Below, piece by piece: positions 23,095 through 34,560 of a stretch of DNA of 43,538 nucleotides. Position numbers and translations under genes: made by a program. This DNA is from Octopus bimaculoides. Its lineage: Eukaryota. Every line of letters begins with the position of its first letter. The stretch's first letter is position 1. A model generated the notes under the pieces. The model was not told where the DNA came from, did no database searches, and was given only the letters and a program-made list of their open reading frames with translations. Location of the stretch: assembly GCF_001194135.2 (NCBI RefSeq), contig NC_068984.1, forward strand, positions 56,510,285 to 56,553,822, in the 5' to 3' direction.

Positions 23095-23280
23095 TCTGCA
23101 CATGTATGCACAGGTCTGGGTGAAATTTGTTGAGGAAGACTCACAGTTGCTCACACATGCAAGCCTCAAGCCTCCTCCCTCAATACCACCAATGTTTGTC
23201 CAAGGTAAAGGCCACCAACTTTGAGTTGATACAGCTTGACACTAGTATCATTCCAGGTGTTGTCCCCAGAATGTAAAAGA
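23095..23280 (-). mobile_element. SINE body fragment, family of 42735-42945
   Basis: Reverse complement ggacaaacattggtgg...gcatgtgtgagcaactgtgagtcttcctcaacaaatttcacccagacctgtgc aligns with ggataacactggcg...gcatgggtgactgctgatcttccacaaacaaccttgcccagacttgtgc. Confidence 0.55.
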
Positions 23281-23334
23281 AGGACACATAGTGCAACATA
23301 TCTCACCTGACATTCTAGCAATTCCTGCAATCCA

Positions 23335-23470
23335 CTGCTTAGGTTGGTACTTTTCTTTATTAACCCTGGAAGGATAAAAAACATAATTGACCTTAGGTGG
23401 ATTTGAATTTGGAGTGCAGAAAGTCAGAACAAATACTGCATGACATTCTATGAATGTCTTGTTCAACATT
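23335..23470 (-). mobile_element. SINE fragment (Meta-domain-like)
   Basis: ttggtactttttctttattaaccctggaaggataaaaaacataattgacc...gatttgaatttgg. Confidence 0.55.
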
Positions 23471-23699
23471 ACATGTTGCACCATTAAGAGGGGGTTCAGT
23501 CCCAAGACCCAAAAGTCAAAATGGAGCTCATGATTGACTACCAGACTTTCTCTCAAAAAAATAAACTTCACACTCCCCTTCCAGGGGTCTAAAATCAGTC
23601 TTGTTCTGTCTTTACCCAATTTTTCCCTGTGCTAAACTTTGAAGTCCTTTGTGTAATACAAATAATGGCTCTGATCTTACTTGATTAATTACAGTATTT

Positions 23700-24250
23700 T
23701 ATCATAAGAAGCAAACTACCCCAGACAAGTGCAGAAGGCTTCAAACATCCCATGGTCTACCATACCAAATGCTGCAGATAGATCAAGGAAAAGTAGATAT
23801 GAACAAATATTACAAGCAACCCTGTGGATATCATTGTACAGTGTACGTGATGTCAGAGCTGCGTCAACTCTTGAGGATTATAAGAAACTGGGTGCAAGGA
23901 ACTTCTTTATGAAAGAGACACACACAAGTGATGTGATGATTCAGACAATAATTAAATAAAATTTCAGGTTCAACATCAGCCCTTCCATTGAATTTGCTCT
24001 TAAAAATGTTTTGACAATTCTCACAGAAGCATGCAATAGGACTGTGGAGGAGGTATTAGAACAAAAAACTAGAAGGAAAATTATCAGCTGCTTATAAAGT
24101 ACCAGTTCCAAAGAACTTTTTTGTTCTTCAGCTTTTACTTCTTCGTTGGAGTAAAGATATATAGAGAAGCTGTATTGAAGAGGAAATCATTAAGCAAGAG
24201 ATTACTGAAAGAGAAATTAGAATGAATATTTGTTTAAAATGTTATTAATG
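23700..24250 (-). mobile_element. L2/CR1-group LINE RT fragment
   Basis: Minus-strand LYNDIHRVACNICSYLLFLDLSAAFGMVDHGM (motif ~23752-23787) matches the L2/CR1 RT motif ND...LLDLSAAFDTVDH. The outer limits are approximate. Confidence 0.65.
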
Positions 24251-24384
24251 AAGATGATTAAAATGCGTGTTGATATATTCAAGGTGAATGGAAGAGTACA
24301 TTATTTTCTCCCGTCAAGCATTAAGTATCGCTTTGAATTTCAATCTCTGGAGCGAAAGAAAGCGTAAGTCATTATTACCTGAGA

Positions 24385-24574
24385 GAAAGCACCACGCTGG
24401 TAGAATCATTTGCATGCTGGGCAAAATGCTTAGCGGTATATTGTCCATGTTTATATTCTGAGTTCAAATTGCCTTTCATCCTTTCGGGGTCGATAAATAA
24501 AGTACCAGTTGAACACTGGAGTCGATGTAGTCCCCTCTGCCAAAATTTCAGGCCTTGTCCCTATAGCAGAAAAG
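24385..24574 (+). mobile_element. SINE (Meta-domain-like) with 14-bp TSD
   Basis: Core gcctttcatcctttcggggtcgataaataaagtaccag with CpGs intact. TSD attattacctgaga (24371-24384) / attattacctcaga (24575-24588). Confidence 0.85.
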
Positions 24575-25316
24575 ATTATTACCTCAGATAAATCAGTATT
24601 TAGCATGATGTGGGTTTATTGTTGTATATATTTTGTGTAGTTTTCTCTTCGTTAGTCCTGTCACCTTTTTTAGTAGCCTTACAGACGAGACTTTGATGGA
24701 ATACATGCATATATTTTTCAATAATTATATTTCAAATTGCATGTAAATAATGATATTTAGGAGTGATATATTAGGGTATACAACGCTGCATTTTCTACTG
24801 AAAATTTTTTTAAAAAGAAACAAACTGAATAATAGAAATAATACATTTCTAAATCTCTCAGAGAGATTTATGCAGTAGTGATACGATAAAGTAGTTGTAT
24901 GCTGTCAACTTAATGTGACAGTCCTATGTAGGGAATAATACTACTGCTATTTAGCCCTAGGAAGCAGCACCACTTCCTGTCAGCCTTGACACATTTTCTG
25001 TGTCTGCCCCTTGTAAACAGTAGAAAATCCAGTTATCAGATGACAGGTGATTATAGTGCAGAGTTCAAAGATCGTCTGTTAAAACAGTGGTTCCCAACCT
25101 TTTTCAGACCAGGGACCATTTTTTACTTGAAAAACTTTCTAGGGACCACTTTTACTTTTACTCTATGCTGTTCTATTTTCATACTAAAATACTTATGAAA
25201 TGACAAAATAGTCTATTTACACTTTAAATTTTATTTTAGCAAACAAAAGATAAAATTTAAAATTTATTTTAGTAAACAAAGATAAACGCAAGATATCAAA
25301 ATTAATATATTAATAG

Positions 25317-26560
25317 CCGATTTAGTCAGAATAATGAAAAACATATCCACCCCTGTGCAGTCCCTGGGAGAGACAAAGACATATACAAGACTTCATGCAT
25401 CGCATGCAGTTTTCGAGATACAGCCAGAAAGATAGGATCCGAGTATACAGAGGAGCTAGCAAGAAATTTGAGGAGATTGTTGTCAAAGATACAGATGGAA
25501 CACAACCTAGGTACCGTAATAAACAGTGGAATCGACTACAAAGAATTAGTGACAAAACAAAGAGAAAGAACACGTGGTACAATACCGACAAGTTCCAAGG
25601 AGTAATGTTTATAGACGCCACACCACACGGAGAACTAGCCCGCAGATTTAGAAAAATCCTCAAAAACCAGGGAGATCCATTAGATCGATAATATGCAAAA
25701 CATACCCCTTTAAAAGGACAAAGTGTATAGAAGAGAATTGCATTGTGTACAAATATAGTCCTGATATCAACTGCAAAGCCAGAAATGTGGCTTACAAAAT
25801 AACCTGTGTGGATGGTGATTGTAAAAACGGAATACACGGCATACATAAGCGAGAAGTTTGGCTGAGCGTGTAAATGAACATTGGTGGGACTATAAGAATC
25901 ACAAACAAACCTCGGTGCTATACCAGCATGGACCGGATTAGCATAGAAATCCTGTCTAGACACCCCGGTGACGCATAGTTACGGCAAATACAAGAGTCAG
26001 TCCTCATAACGGAAACACGACCAATTTTGAATAGCAATTACACGTAGATAAAAGCCTTACAATTACCCATGGTTGCAGACGTTGTTCACACATAAAATAC
26101 AGAACGTAAACGTAAATAAAAAAGATGCATTTGCGAAGAAAACAGAAACTAACAGAAAGGAACCAAAACCAAGGCCAAAGTCTCTATCTTATCTGATATG
26201 AACGAAATTTAACAAACACACATATGGACGCACATGCTTACATATAAGCACGAACACATACGTGAGTGCACACATACGAACGTGCACACACTCACATGCC
26301 GGACAATTTCAAAACAACGCTAAATCATACATCAAAATAGAATAAATGGAAGTGGAGAGACAAGTTACTGAAGAGATTACAAGAGTGCAATGAAATGATT
26401 TAACAAAAAGAAAAACTAAATACTGTTTATAAATTAATAAAGGACTGAACCAGTGCGTGTGTTTATTACCGGCATAATGCCTCTCCCAAGGTTTAATCGT
26501 ATTTCTTTCAACACACGTATCCACATGAAGAATCTTGCACACGAAATACACATACGAAAT
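25317..26560 (+). mobile_element. Penelope-like element fragment (post-RT linker, GIY-YIG endonuclease, pLTR-like tail)
   Basis: RMQFSRYSQKDR...YRNKQW...VMFIDATPHGELARRF, then NCKARNVAYKITC...(EYxG)...RSLAERVNEH...RQIQESVLI...RPILNS, with frameshifts. Confidence 0.85.
26364..26404 (+). ncRNA. Degenerate minimal hammerhead-ribozyme-like core
   Basis: Stem I gtta/taac, CTGAAGA (26368-26374), imperfect stem II gattacaagagtgcaat, GAAA (26392-26395), then tgatt. It lies ~330 bp after the Penelope ORF. Confidence 0.5.
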
Positions 26561-26564
26561 TGAA

Positions 26565-27470
26565 AATATTCATCTTCACAGAATTGCATAAAAAATCTAT
26601 TATTCACTGAGTTTGATTTGACAAAGTTAATTGCATGTATGGCAGTGTTGAGTGCTTCTTCCATGTATCCTCCAATATTCTTAGCAACCAAATGCTGTCT
26701 GTGGATATAAAGAATGTATATAAAGAATGTGAGGAGCAACTGATTTCATTCTAGAAACAAAACCTTTCACTTTTCCAGTCATGGTTGCAGCTCCATCTGA
26801 TGCAATGTTGATCAAATTAGTCAATGAAATATTTTTATCATTAAAATACAGCATTACTTCATTGAATATATCTTCTCCATTAGTTGTTTCAGACAAACTT
26901 TTAATGAGAATCTGACATAGACCAGAAGGATAGCTTGATTATGAATTATGCTATCATTAACCTGGATAGAAAAATTTGTCTTTTAGAGAATTTCCACAAT
27001 CTTCTCCTCAACAAAATTAGACATTTCATCCTGTCTTCTTGTAATTGTGTTATTTGAAAATGGAGTAGATGCAGCATCTTTTCCCAAAACCTCATTTGCA
27101 CAAGCTATCATAAAAGGCTTGACAAGTTTCTCACCATAAATCTGAGGTGCTGTAACCTTGGCAATAATTTCAGAGATCAAATAACTTGGTTTGAGTGTCT
27201 ACTTTTTCTGTATTTGTTTTTTTAGTCGGATAGTTTGATTGGCTGTATTTTCTTTTTATTCTCAAAATATTCCATTACTTTACCAACAGATGATGGATGC
27301 CTTAATTTCTGATGCTGTTCCAGCATAACTTTCTTCAAGGAATGATTTGTCATGATGGCATCACATTCAAGACACATAGGTTTTGAGTCTACAGATACAA
27401 ACCCAAACATGATAAAATCCTCTTTGTCGTTCCTCAGTTTAACCTTTTTAGCAGCAGTTGTTACAGACAT
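26565..27470 (-). pseudogene. hAT transposase N-terminal half (SCAND3/ZBED8/Buster-like), disrupted
   Basis: BED-like PMCLEC...LEQHQKLRHP, GEKLVKP, SNNTITRR..EMS, TTNGEDIF, IASDGAATMTGKVKGF, YIH..HRQHLVAK. The sequence stops before the expected RWLS motif. Confidence 0.85.
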
Positions 27471-27615
27471 TATTACAACTGATCTTAAAAAAATAAAAAT
27501 AATAAATACTTGTATTCCTATAAAATATTGTGTAGTGATCTATTAATATCAAATTTATTATGAAACTGTTGTGATTGTAAAATGTAAATAATGTAATTCT
27601 TGATTGTAATATATT

Positions 27616-27929
27616 GTGTGTTGGCACTCCGTCGCTTACGACGTCGAGGGTTCCAGTTAAATCGATCGACTGAACAGCCTGCTCGTGAAATTAACGTGCA
27701 AGTGGCTGAGCACTCCACAGACACGTGTACCCAGTGTGACAAGGCTGGCCCTTTGAAATACAGTGAGAGAAAGTGGTGAAAGAGTACAGCAGGGTTCGTC
27801 ACCATCCCCTGCCGGAGCGTCGTGGAGCTTTAGCTCAATAAACACTCACAACGCCCGGTCTGGGAATCGAAACCGCGATCCTATGACCGCGAGTCCGCTG
27901 CTCTAACCACTGGGCCATTGCGCCTCCAC
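27616..27929 (-). mobile_element. Young tRNA-derived SINE with 11-bp TSD
   Basis: A-box tggcccagtgg (27907-27917 rc), B-box ggtttcgattcc (27863-27874 rc), CpG-rich. TSD tgtaatatatt (27605-27615) / tgtaatgtatt (27930-27940). Confidence 0.9.
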
Positions 27930-28006
27930 TGTAATGTATTATTGGTGGACATAGGAATTAGACACTGAGGGAAAATGGCTGTAACTTTTTTATTTTTTAA
28001 GTTAGG

Positions 28007-28375
28007 NNNNNNNNNNNNNNNNNNNNNNNNNNNNNNNNNNNNNNNNNNNNNNNNNNNNNNNNNNNNNNNNNNNNNNNNNNNNNNNNNNNNNNNNNNNNNN
28101 NNNNNNNNNNNNNNNNNNNNNNNNNNNNNNNNNNNNNNNNNNNNNNNNNNNNNNNNNNNNNNNNNNNNNNNNNNNNNNNNNNNNNNNNNNNNNNNNNNNN
28201 NNNNNNNNNNNNNNNNNNNNNNNNNNNNNNNNNNNNNNNNNNNNNNNNNNNNNNNNNNNNNNNNNNNNNNNNNNNNNNNNNNNNNNNNNNNNNNNNNNNN
28301 NNNNNNNNNNNNNNNNNNNNNNNNNNNNNNNNNNNNNNNNNNNNNNNNNNNNNNNNNNNNNNNNNNNNNNNNNNN
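28007..28375. other. Assembly gap (N run)
   Basis: 369 N. Confidence 1.
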
Positions 28376-28504
28376 GCGGACAATGCAAATCCTGCATTTA
28401 CTCAGAAAGTTGAACTGCGAGTTTCACGCTTTTTACCAGAGAACATATATTCGAAAACGAAAAATACAAAATAAAAAAAAAAAATAGAAAGCAAATTAAA
28501 AAAA

Positions 28505-28790
28505 CTGTAACCTTTACCTTTCTGAAATGACTGTGGATATATTTCGGCTATGTGCTTAATAAATGTTTGAAAGTTCTCCCACTTCATATCGTAATAATCG
28601 TGGTACATTGCCTCATCAATATGTGACCATTTCATGTTACCGCATGATCCACTTTTATATTTCAGCCTACGTTTTATTCGTGACCAAAATGCCTCTACGC
28701 TATTCGTACATACCCCACTAACGGGATCAACAAAATTCTGTGAATTATATATTATACATTATTGATTCTTACGGAATAATTATTGAATTT
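28505..28790 (-). mobile_element. Merlin/IS1016(ISXO2)-like transposase C-terminal fragment
   Basis: Minus-strand NSQNFVDPVSGVCTNSVEAFWSRIKRRLKYKSGSCGNMKWSHIDEAMY...FIKHIAEIYP matches the NHS.NFVDP..G.HTN.IE..W...K...SYLDE signature. Confidence 0.8.
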
Positions 28791-29232
28791 TGTTTTCTTA
28801 TTATTATTCTGTCTTCATAAATTATCATTAACTAACAGTGTCTTTATTATCAAACAATATTTAGATTTGAAATGGCTTCAATTTTTTTAAGGCTACGAAT
28901 TCTCTGGGGACCACCGGTGGGCTCCAGGGACCATGTTGGGAATCACTGTGTTAAATCACCATTCACAACGAATGGCGCAAAATTGAAACAGGTGTAATTT
29001 TTAAGGTAAGAAGAACGAAATGTTACTTCTCACATTTATCAGCAATTACTATTACAAAAATTAACATACATATTTCCAACACTTTCTTTTTTATATGGGT
29101 AGAATATATATTTTTTTATGAAGTCACAAGCAATATTCAATGTATTTCAACAAACGATACCTGCTAGGTTTTCTTTTTCTTTTGTCTCAAGTATTATCTG
29201 CCGGCGGCAAAATTAAACTTCATTAGTTTCAG

Positions 29233-29283
29233 AGCAAATATGGTAGATGTGGTGTTTATAGCTTTCCGAAAAGCGTTTATGAG
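29233..29283 (+). other. Ambiguous 51-nt segment: candidate exon or tiny CR1 RT relic
   Basis: tttcag|...GAG|gtaagt with open SKYGRCGVYSFPKSVYE. Another frame gives VDVVFIAFRKAF, which resembles CR1 VDVVYLDFxKAF. Confidence 0.25.
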
Positions 29284-30109
29284 GTAAGTGGATATAAAAC
29301 TTCCTTACACACATACAGATATCGATCAGCTTTTGTGAAGAAACATGTAATTAAATATAAATTGAAAGCGTCTGCTTTGTGGTGGTGATGTTCAGTCAAT
29401 GATATAACTTTGATATTACTTTTAAAAATTATATAAGAAAAGAATCTAATACTTTACTTAACAAAAATATTATTAACTACATAAACATTTCCTGACATAA
29501 AGGAAAAGACATTTATTTTGTATCGTCACAGTTTTATATATTTTATAACCCACAATTACATTTTAACTTTCATAACAAGGATGACACTCATCTGGCAGTA
29601 AATTTCTAATTAGTATTTCATTAATAGGCTTGAGAAATGCATGTAGGGGTTTTTACTTTTTGGAAAGTTTGAGTTTTTAAGTATTGATTTTATTTTTTTA
29701 AACCACAAGATCACACAATTTGGAGAGGAGTTTATCGATCCAACCAACTTGGAATTTGAGTGACATCACTTTTTTCTATCGTCTCAGAGGGATGAAAAGT
29801 GAACTCAAAGCATAAACAACTAAATATATTTTTAAAATTATTTCTTCAAATTAATTTTCAGGATCTTTCTGATTTGACGGGTAACACTTTTCATTAATGT
29901 TTTATGTAGTGTTTTTGGTACCGAAACACTTTCAAACTTCGTATACTTGTATATTTTGTGTTATAGAACAGATAAAAATTTTTGTATTCGAAGTTATTTC
30001 ATGTAAAAAAATTGTCGTATTTTGGTAATTTCAACCATGTCTTAACACCATTAAATTCTAAGTTTCATTTCGATAATTGGGAGAGCTCTGTGACAGTGAG
30101 GGAGCTGTT

Positions 30110-30365
30110 ACATGGTCACTTGACCTGTTAAAACCAGTAGCCAAATCTCTTTCAGATCTCACTACTGTTTAAATGAAGGACATGTTGGACAATGTAGTCC
30201 CCACGCTTTCCCACTAAACAAAAAACTGTATGGTGACTGCTGAAATGTTTTTAATCATAGGTATGCTCGGTCTAGACTGCTTGGTGGATCTGGCGCACCC
30301 CCAGGTGTGTGAATGTGTGGGGGGGAGCGCCGATTGCTTGAGCTAAACGCAACAACTTGTGTAGC
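30110..30365 (+). repeat. (AAC)n-ended unclassified repeat
   Basis: catggtcacttgacctgtt...agccaaatctc...ggacatgttggacaatgtagtcc...gagctaaacgcaacaac. Confidence 0.55.
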
Positions 30366-31037
30366 AACGAACTAATGAAGGAATCTAAGCCATTGTATGA
30401 TCACTAGAAGTAGCTGACAGTTCTTCCTCAATAATTTTTTTATGTAGATCTTGATACAGCCTTCCACACCAAAAATAAAAGATATTTGGATAATGTAGGT
30501 AGGGGGCTACATTGTGCATAAAAAAAAATAGTTTGGATGATCATGACTAAGATACCCTTCGATTATAAACAGGCCTCAGTATCTCACGGATGTCACTCAC
30601 ATTTTATTTCTGTTTACTTGGATACATCGTGAATTAGTTTACATACGCCCGTTTAATAGGTATACATTCAGCATTGAAGACTTGTTTATACAACAGGATT
30701 CTCAGTAAAATGAATCAGAAAACAGCTCGACTAGCTTCGACTTCATTCCATGAAGATTTTCTTATGTTAAAAATTATGGTTTATATAAAAAAATATCGTA
30801 AGACACCAGATTGATATGAATCTTTTGAAAGGAAGTTTTCTTATTGCTTTAAGCACTTTCGTTGTTTACGACTTTTCAAACACACTTGTGGAGTGTAGTG
30901 AGAATATTCAACAATTACCTGAATGTCATGATTCGCTGGAATGTTGCTCACATGGTTAGTGAATTTGACAAATCGTGGCTTTTCCTGGAAAGAATATTAC
31001 CACATGATCAACAAATCTTATTGTTATCAACTTTGTC

Positions 31038-31860
31038 ATGAGGAAGGCAGTGATTAGATGGAGTGAAGGGAGGTTATGTGACTTGGATTATGTAAATGAC
31101 ATTGCAGTTGTTAGTTACACACCTGAAGGATTGCAACAACTAACCAATAACCTCAACAGTAATGCATTTAAGGTGGGCCTGCGCATAAGCTGTGAGAAGA
31201 CAATGACCATTGATATGCCAATAAATCCTCCACTAACTGTTGGAAACAATAGTCTGGAAAATTAAAGCAAATTTCAAATGTTTAGGAAGCACTATCCGCA
31301 ATGATGGTGACATGAAAGTTGACATACAAGTCTGTATTGGACAAGCATCAGGTGTATTCAAATGACTTCACCCAGTGTAGTCCAATAATTCTATCACCAA
31401 AGATGTGAAAATCCATCTCTACATGTTGATTGTAGTGCCTGTTGCTATCTATTCATGCAGGGCGTGGAAGAGCACAGCTAGCATCATTAGCAAACTGGAT
31501 GTCTTCCATAGGTGATGCATTCGTGTTATACTTAGAAAAGCATGGAGGGACTACATCACCAATGAGGAAGACATTGTGGTGGTCAGGGCTAGACTACCTA
31601 TCAGATGTTGTCAAGAAGTGAATCAGACATATAACACAGCAAGTAGAATAGAGGCTTCCACACACTGCATTGACATGGACACCAGCTGGGAGCAAATGAG
31701 AGAGAGAGGAAGACTGCCCCAAAACTGGTGCAGTACTCTCTGTGAAGACTTGCAGGAACTGTAATTGATCTAGACTGATCCAAAAACAGCTGCAGCAGAT
31801 GACACTCAATGGAGGCAACTTGTTGCCCAATATTCCATTAAGGAACTAAGATCAACAAAT
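31038..31860 (+). mobile_element. RTE-clade LINE RT/C-terminal fragment (second lineage, no PHD insert)
   Basis: RLCDLDYVNDIAVV (degenerate YADD), KVGLRISCEKT, FKCLGSTIRNDG, CIGQASGVFK, WRDYITNEE, WRQLVAQ, across frameshifts. Confidence 0.85.
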
Positions 31861-32689
31861 TTAGCCAATCTTGACTTCATGTGGAATAGGCTGCAGTGAC
31901 CATATCAACTTTTGGCATGTTCCTTTTGAGCCATTCAGTTTATGAAATGACACACACACACGACATGACCTAGAGAGCTTTGGGATGTAGCAGAGACGAT
32001 ACAGCAAACAGACATAACTGTTAATCTCCAATGTTAGAAATAACAGCCAACTCCCAACATCAGCAGTCAAGTGGTATCAACAAATAAAATCCATTGGGGT
32101 AATTTGTACAGAGGAAGTTGTTTTTAGTAGTAGTGTTGATTGAAGGAAAGGATTAATTACTGAAGTAGTAGTGTTGACTGAAGGAAAGGATTAACTACCA
32201 AAGGAGAAAAACAAAAAAAACTTTAAAAGCATTCTAAATCTGAAACTAAACCAGAAATAGTCAGTACCACTTCTAAACACAATTTCTGTATATGGATTAC
32301 TCCTTTACGTGTGTTTGAGAAGCTGTAAACAGCAAAAGTGATTATCACAGTACGAAAACTTCCTCCCAAAGGTTCATATTGTTCTGTTTTTTTAAAGATT
32401 TTTAAAATATAATTAATAATTTTTAATTTAGGAAAATCTTTCCTCAAATATTCTAACCGTATCAAGAATTCTTTACAAAAACTTTATATATAGTATTTAA
32501 TCTGAAGAAGTTACAAAATGACTCAAGGACCCAGAGTTTTGTATGTTGATGCTTACCAAACTTGTTTTGTGCATTGAGAGAAAGAGAAAGCAGCTTAGAA
32601 CAATTTATTCAAAATTCTTTAGTAACAGGCACTGATTTTATTTGCTTGCACATCAATACATTCATTGGCGGCATATATAATCTTTTTCT

Positions 32690-32885
32690 CTCTACTATAG
32701 GCACAAGGGCTGAAATTTGTGGAGAGGTGGCTAGTTGATTACATCAACTTCAGGCTGATGTGGTACTTGTTTTATTGACATTGAAACGATGAAAGGCAAA
32801 GTAGACCTCAACAGAATTTGAACTCTGAACGTAAAGTTGGAATCAATGTTGTCAAACATAGTACCCAATGTTGCCAGCCATGAGG
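32690..32885 (-). mobile_element. SINE (Meta-domain-like)
   Basis: taggcacaagggctgaaatttg...tggtacttgttttattgac...gatgaaaggcaaagtagacctcaacagaatttgaactctgaacg. Confidence 0.8.
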
Positions 32886-33949
32886 CAGCATTTATAAAAT
32901 AAAATAATGTGTGTGGGTTGGATAATCTGTGAATATATTCAGGAATGGACATTTATTAAACATACTTGCCTTATAAATAGACATTGTAGGTAAGCCACAA
33001 GATTAGCTCTGCAGATGGAACCCAAGAACAGTTCGATTAGTTTCGAAAGATTACTGCTGTTCACAGTCTCTGTGTATACAGAGAGAGGATGAATGTATGC
33101 TTATCAACCATACATATGTGAACTTTTTCATCTGTACATGCGTGTGCACACACACACACACACACACTGTCCCAGTTGTTATTTAATACAATCAATAAAT
33201 ATACTGATACATAAATTTGTAAATTCAGTGTCTGTTACTCATAGCATTTTTTACATGTTACTCTAGGACTTGAGTAGACATTGTTGATAAGCTAGCAATA
33301 ATCAAATGAAACTAGTCGACCTGTTCTTGAGTTCACTATGCAAGGAGATCTTTGTAGTTTAACTCCTAGGTTTATTTACACAACAATGCTAAATGGATGT
33401 TTATCTGTCACCCATATGTGAATAAGTGGATGATTAGCCACTCACTGTCTCAGTACTTCAATTATAATATTTTCTATATTTATTTGTACTATCAATGATT
33501 CTTTTTAATCTGGGGGAGTCAAAGTCAAGTAGTAACATATTTAATCGACTAATATCCCCCTCTAAGAATTTTAAGATGTCACTCTTGTTTTCGTCATATT
33601 CATTTTGTTAGCTGGGGTGAGAGAGGGTTTCATCTCATCATTTCATAGCTGAATAAAACTCCAGGCCTATTATTAAAACATCTTGGTTAAATATGTTCAC
33701 TCACTTTTTAGTTGTTTAGGTACAGGTCAGCTTTGATTAATAAAACCCAAAAACAAAGTTCAACCGTTATTATCCAATCTGTTTATCAAGGACTGCATTG
33801 CCCAGTAACTTTTTTTTTTAAAGATGTCAGGGTGTAACTTGAGACAGATTTTGGATGCTATTTCTAGCATGTTGTGTAACTTCATAGAGGTTCTCTCTTT
33901 GACTCCTTATTTAGTTTATGAATCATGCAGCAATTATCCTCTTTCAGTA

Positions 33950-34475
33950 TTGTACACTACGTATCTATCTATCTATCGTTTTATCCAGTTTGTCCTGTTT
34001 TCTTTTATTGTTTGCACTCTTTTATTTTAACTTTTCTTTCCACCACCCATTTTCTCTCTCTTCCTTGCTTCCTCTCCTTGCATTCGTTTTTCAAGATTTT
34101 TTTTTCAGTTATTTTGTATCACCAGTCTGTTCATGAGAAATTTCCCCACCCATATTTTTCATAGTTTCACTGTTTATTCAGACTTTCTGTCACCTGCCTA
34201 GTCTAACTAAATGTTCAACATATTAAACTTCTAATCAATTAGACCCTCTTTCAGCATATCTCCCTTTCACAAAGTTTCCTGTTTTCTCTCTCTGTTATTC
34301 CTCTCTTTTAGTAAGCATCTCTCTCCCTTCTTTCCCCCCCCCCCTGTCTTCTCTAATGGCAATACTCTGCCTTACTTCCTTTCTCTTTCAGTATCTCCTC
34401 TCATCTCCACCAGTCTCCCTTTTTTTCCTGTTTCAGTTTCCCAGACTTCCTCTTTGACACACTTTCTCATCTTCC
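33950..34475. repeat. CT-rich low-complexity region
   Basis: Extended polypyrimidine tracts on the + strand. Confidence 0.7.
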
Positions 34476-34480
34476 TTTAC

Positions 34481-34560
34481 CTTCGACAGTCAATCAGTCC
34501 CTTCCTTAGTTGTCTTTTAGTAGCTTTTACTCTTAAATCTTTGCCATGAATCTTCAATAG
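34481..34560 (-). CDS. Candidate exon 3' part emerging from the gap (LLKIHGKDLRVKATKRQLRKGLIDCR)
   Basis: One open frame and donor AAG|gtaaag. The 5' boundary is hidden in the gap; no homolog recognised. Confidence 0.3.

Larger units (their letters stand above)
25085..28948 (-). mobile_element. hAT (Buster/Charlie-type) DNA transposon with both ends and nested insertions
   Basis: TIRs cagtggttcccaacc (25085) / gttgggaatcactg (ends 28948). TSD tgttaaaa / tgttaaat with TA at positions 4-5. Transposase remnant on the minus strand. Confidence 0.85.

Noticed and set aside
24370-24390. Recursive-splice-like tttctctcag|gtaata on the minus strand
   Set aside because: Weak donor, and the sequence coincides with the SINE TSD and junction
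25322-25963. 213-aa minus-strand ORF, the longest gap-free ORF
   Set aside because: It is antisense to the Penelope coding frame and has no recognisable motifs of its own
26520-26560. Second possible hammerhead in the Penelope tail (atgaaga...gaaa)
   Set aside because: It lacks the conserved C3 and has no stem II pairing
27855-27929. Functional tRNA gene
   Set aside because: Anticodon and acceptor stems do not pair; it is the head of a TSD-flanked SINE
27975-28487. Long ORFs spanning N runs (also 34477-35172)
   Set aside because: Artefacts of translating assembly gaps
32501-32530. ctgaagaa-gtta-caaaa-tgac hammerhead-like start
   Set aside because: No GAAA after stem II and no stem I/III
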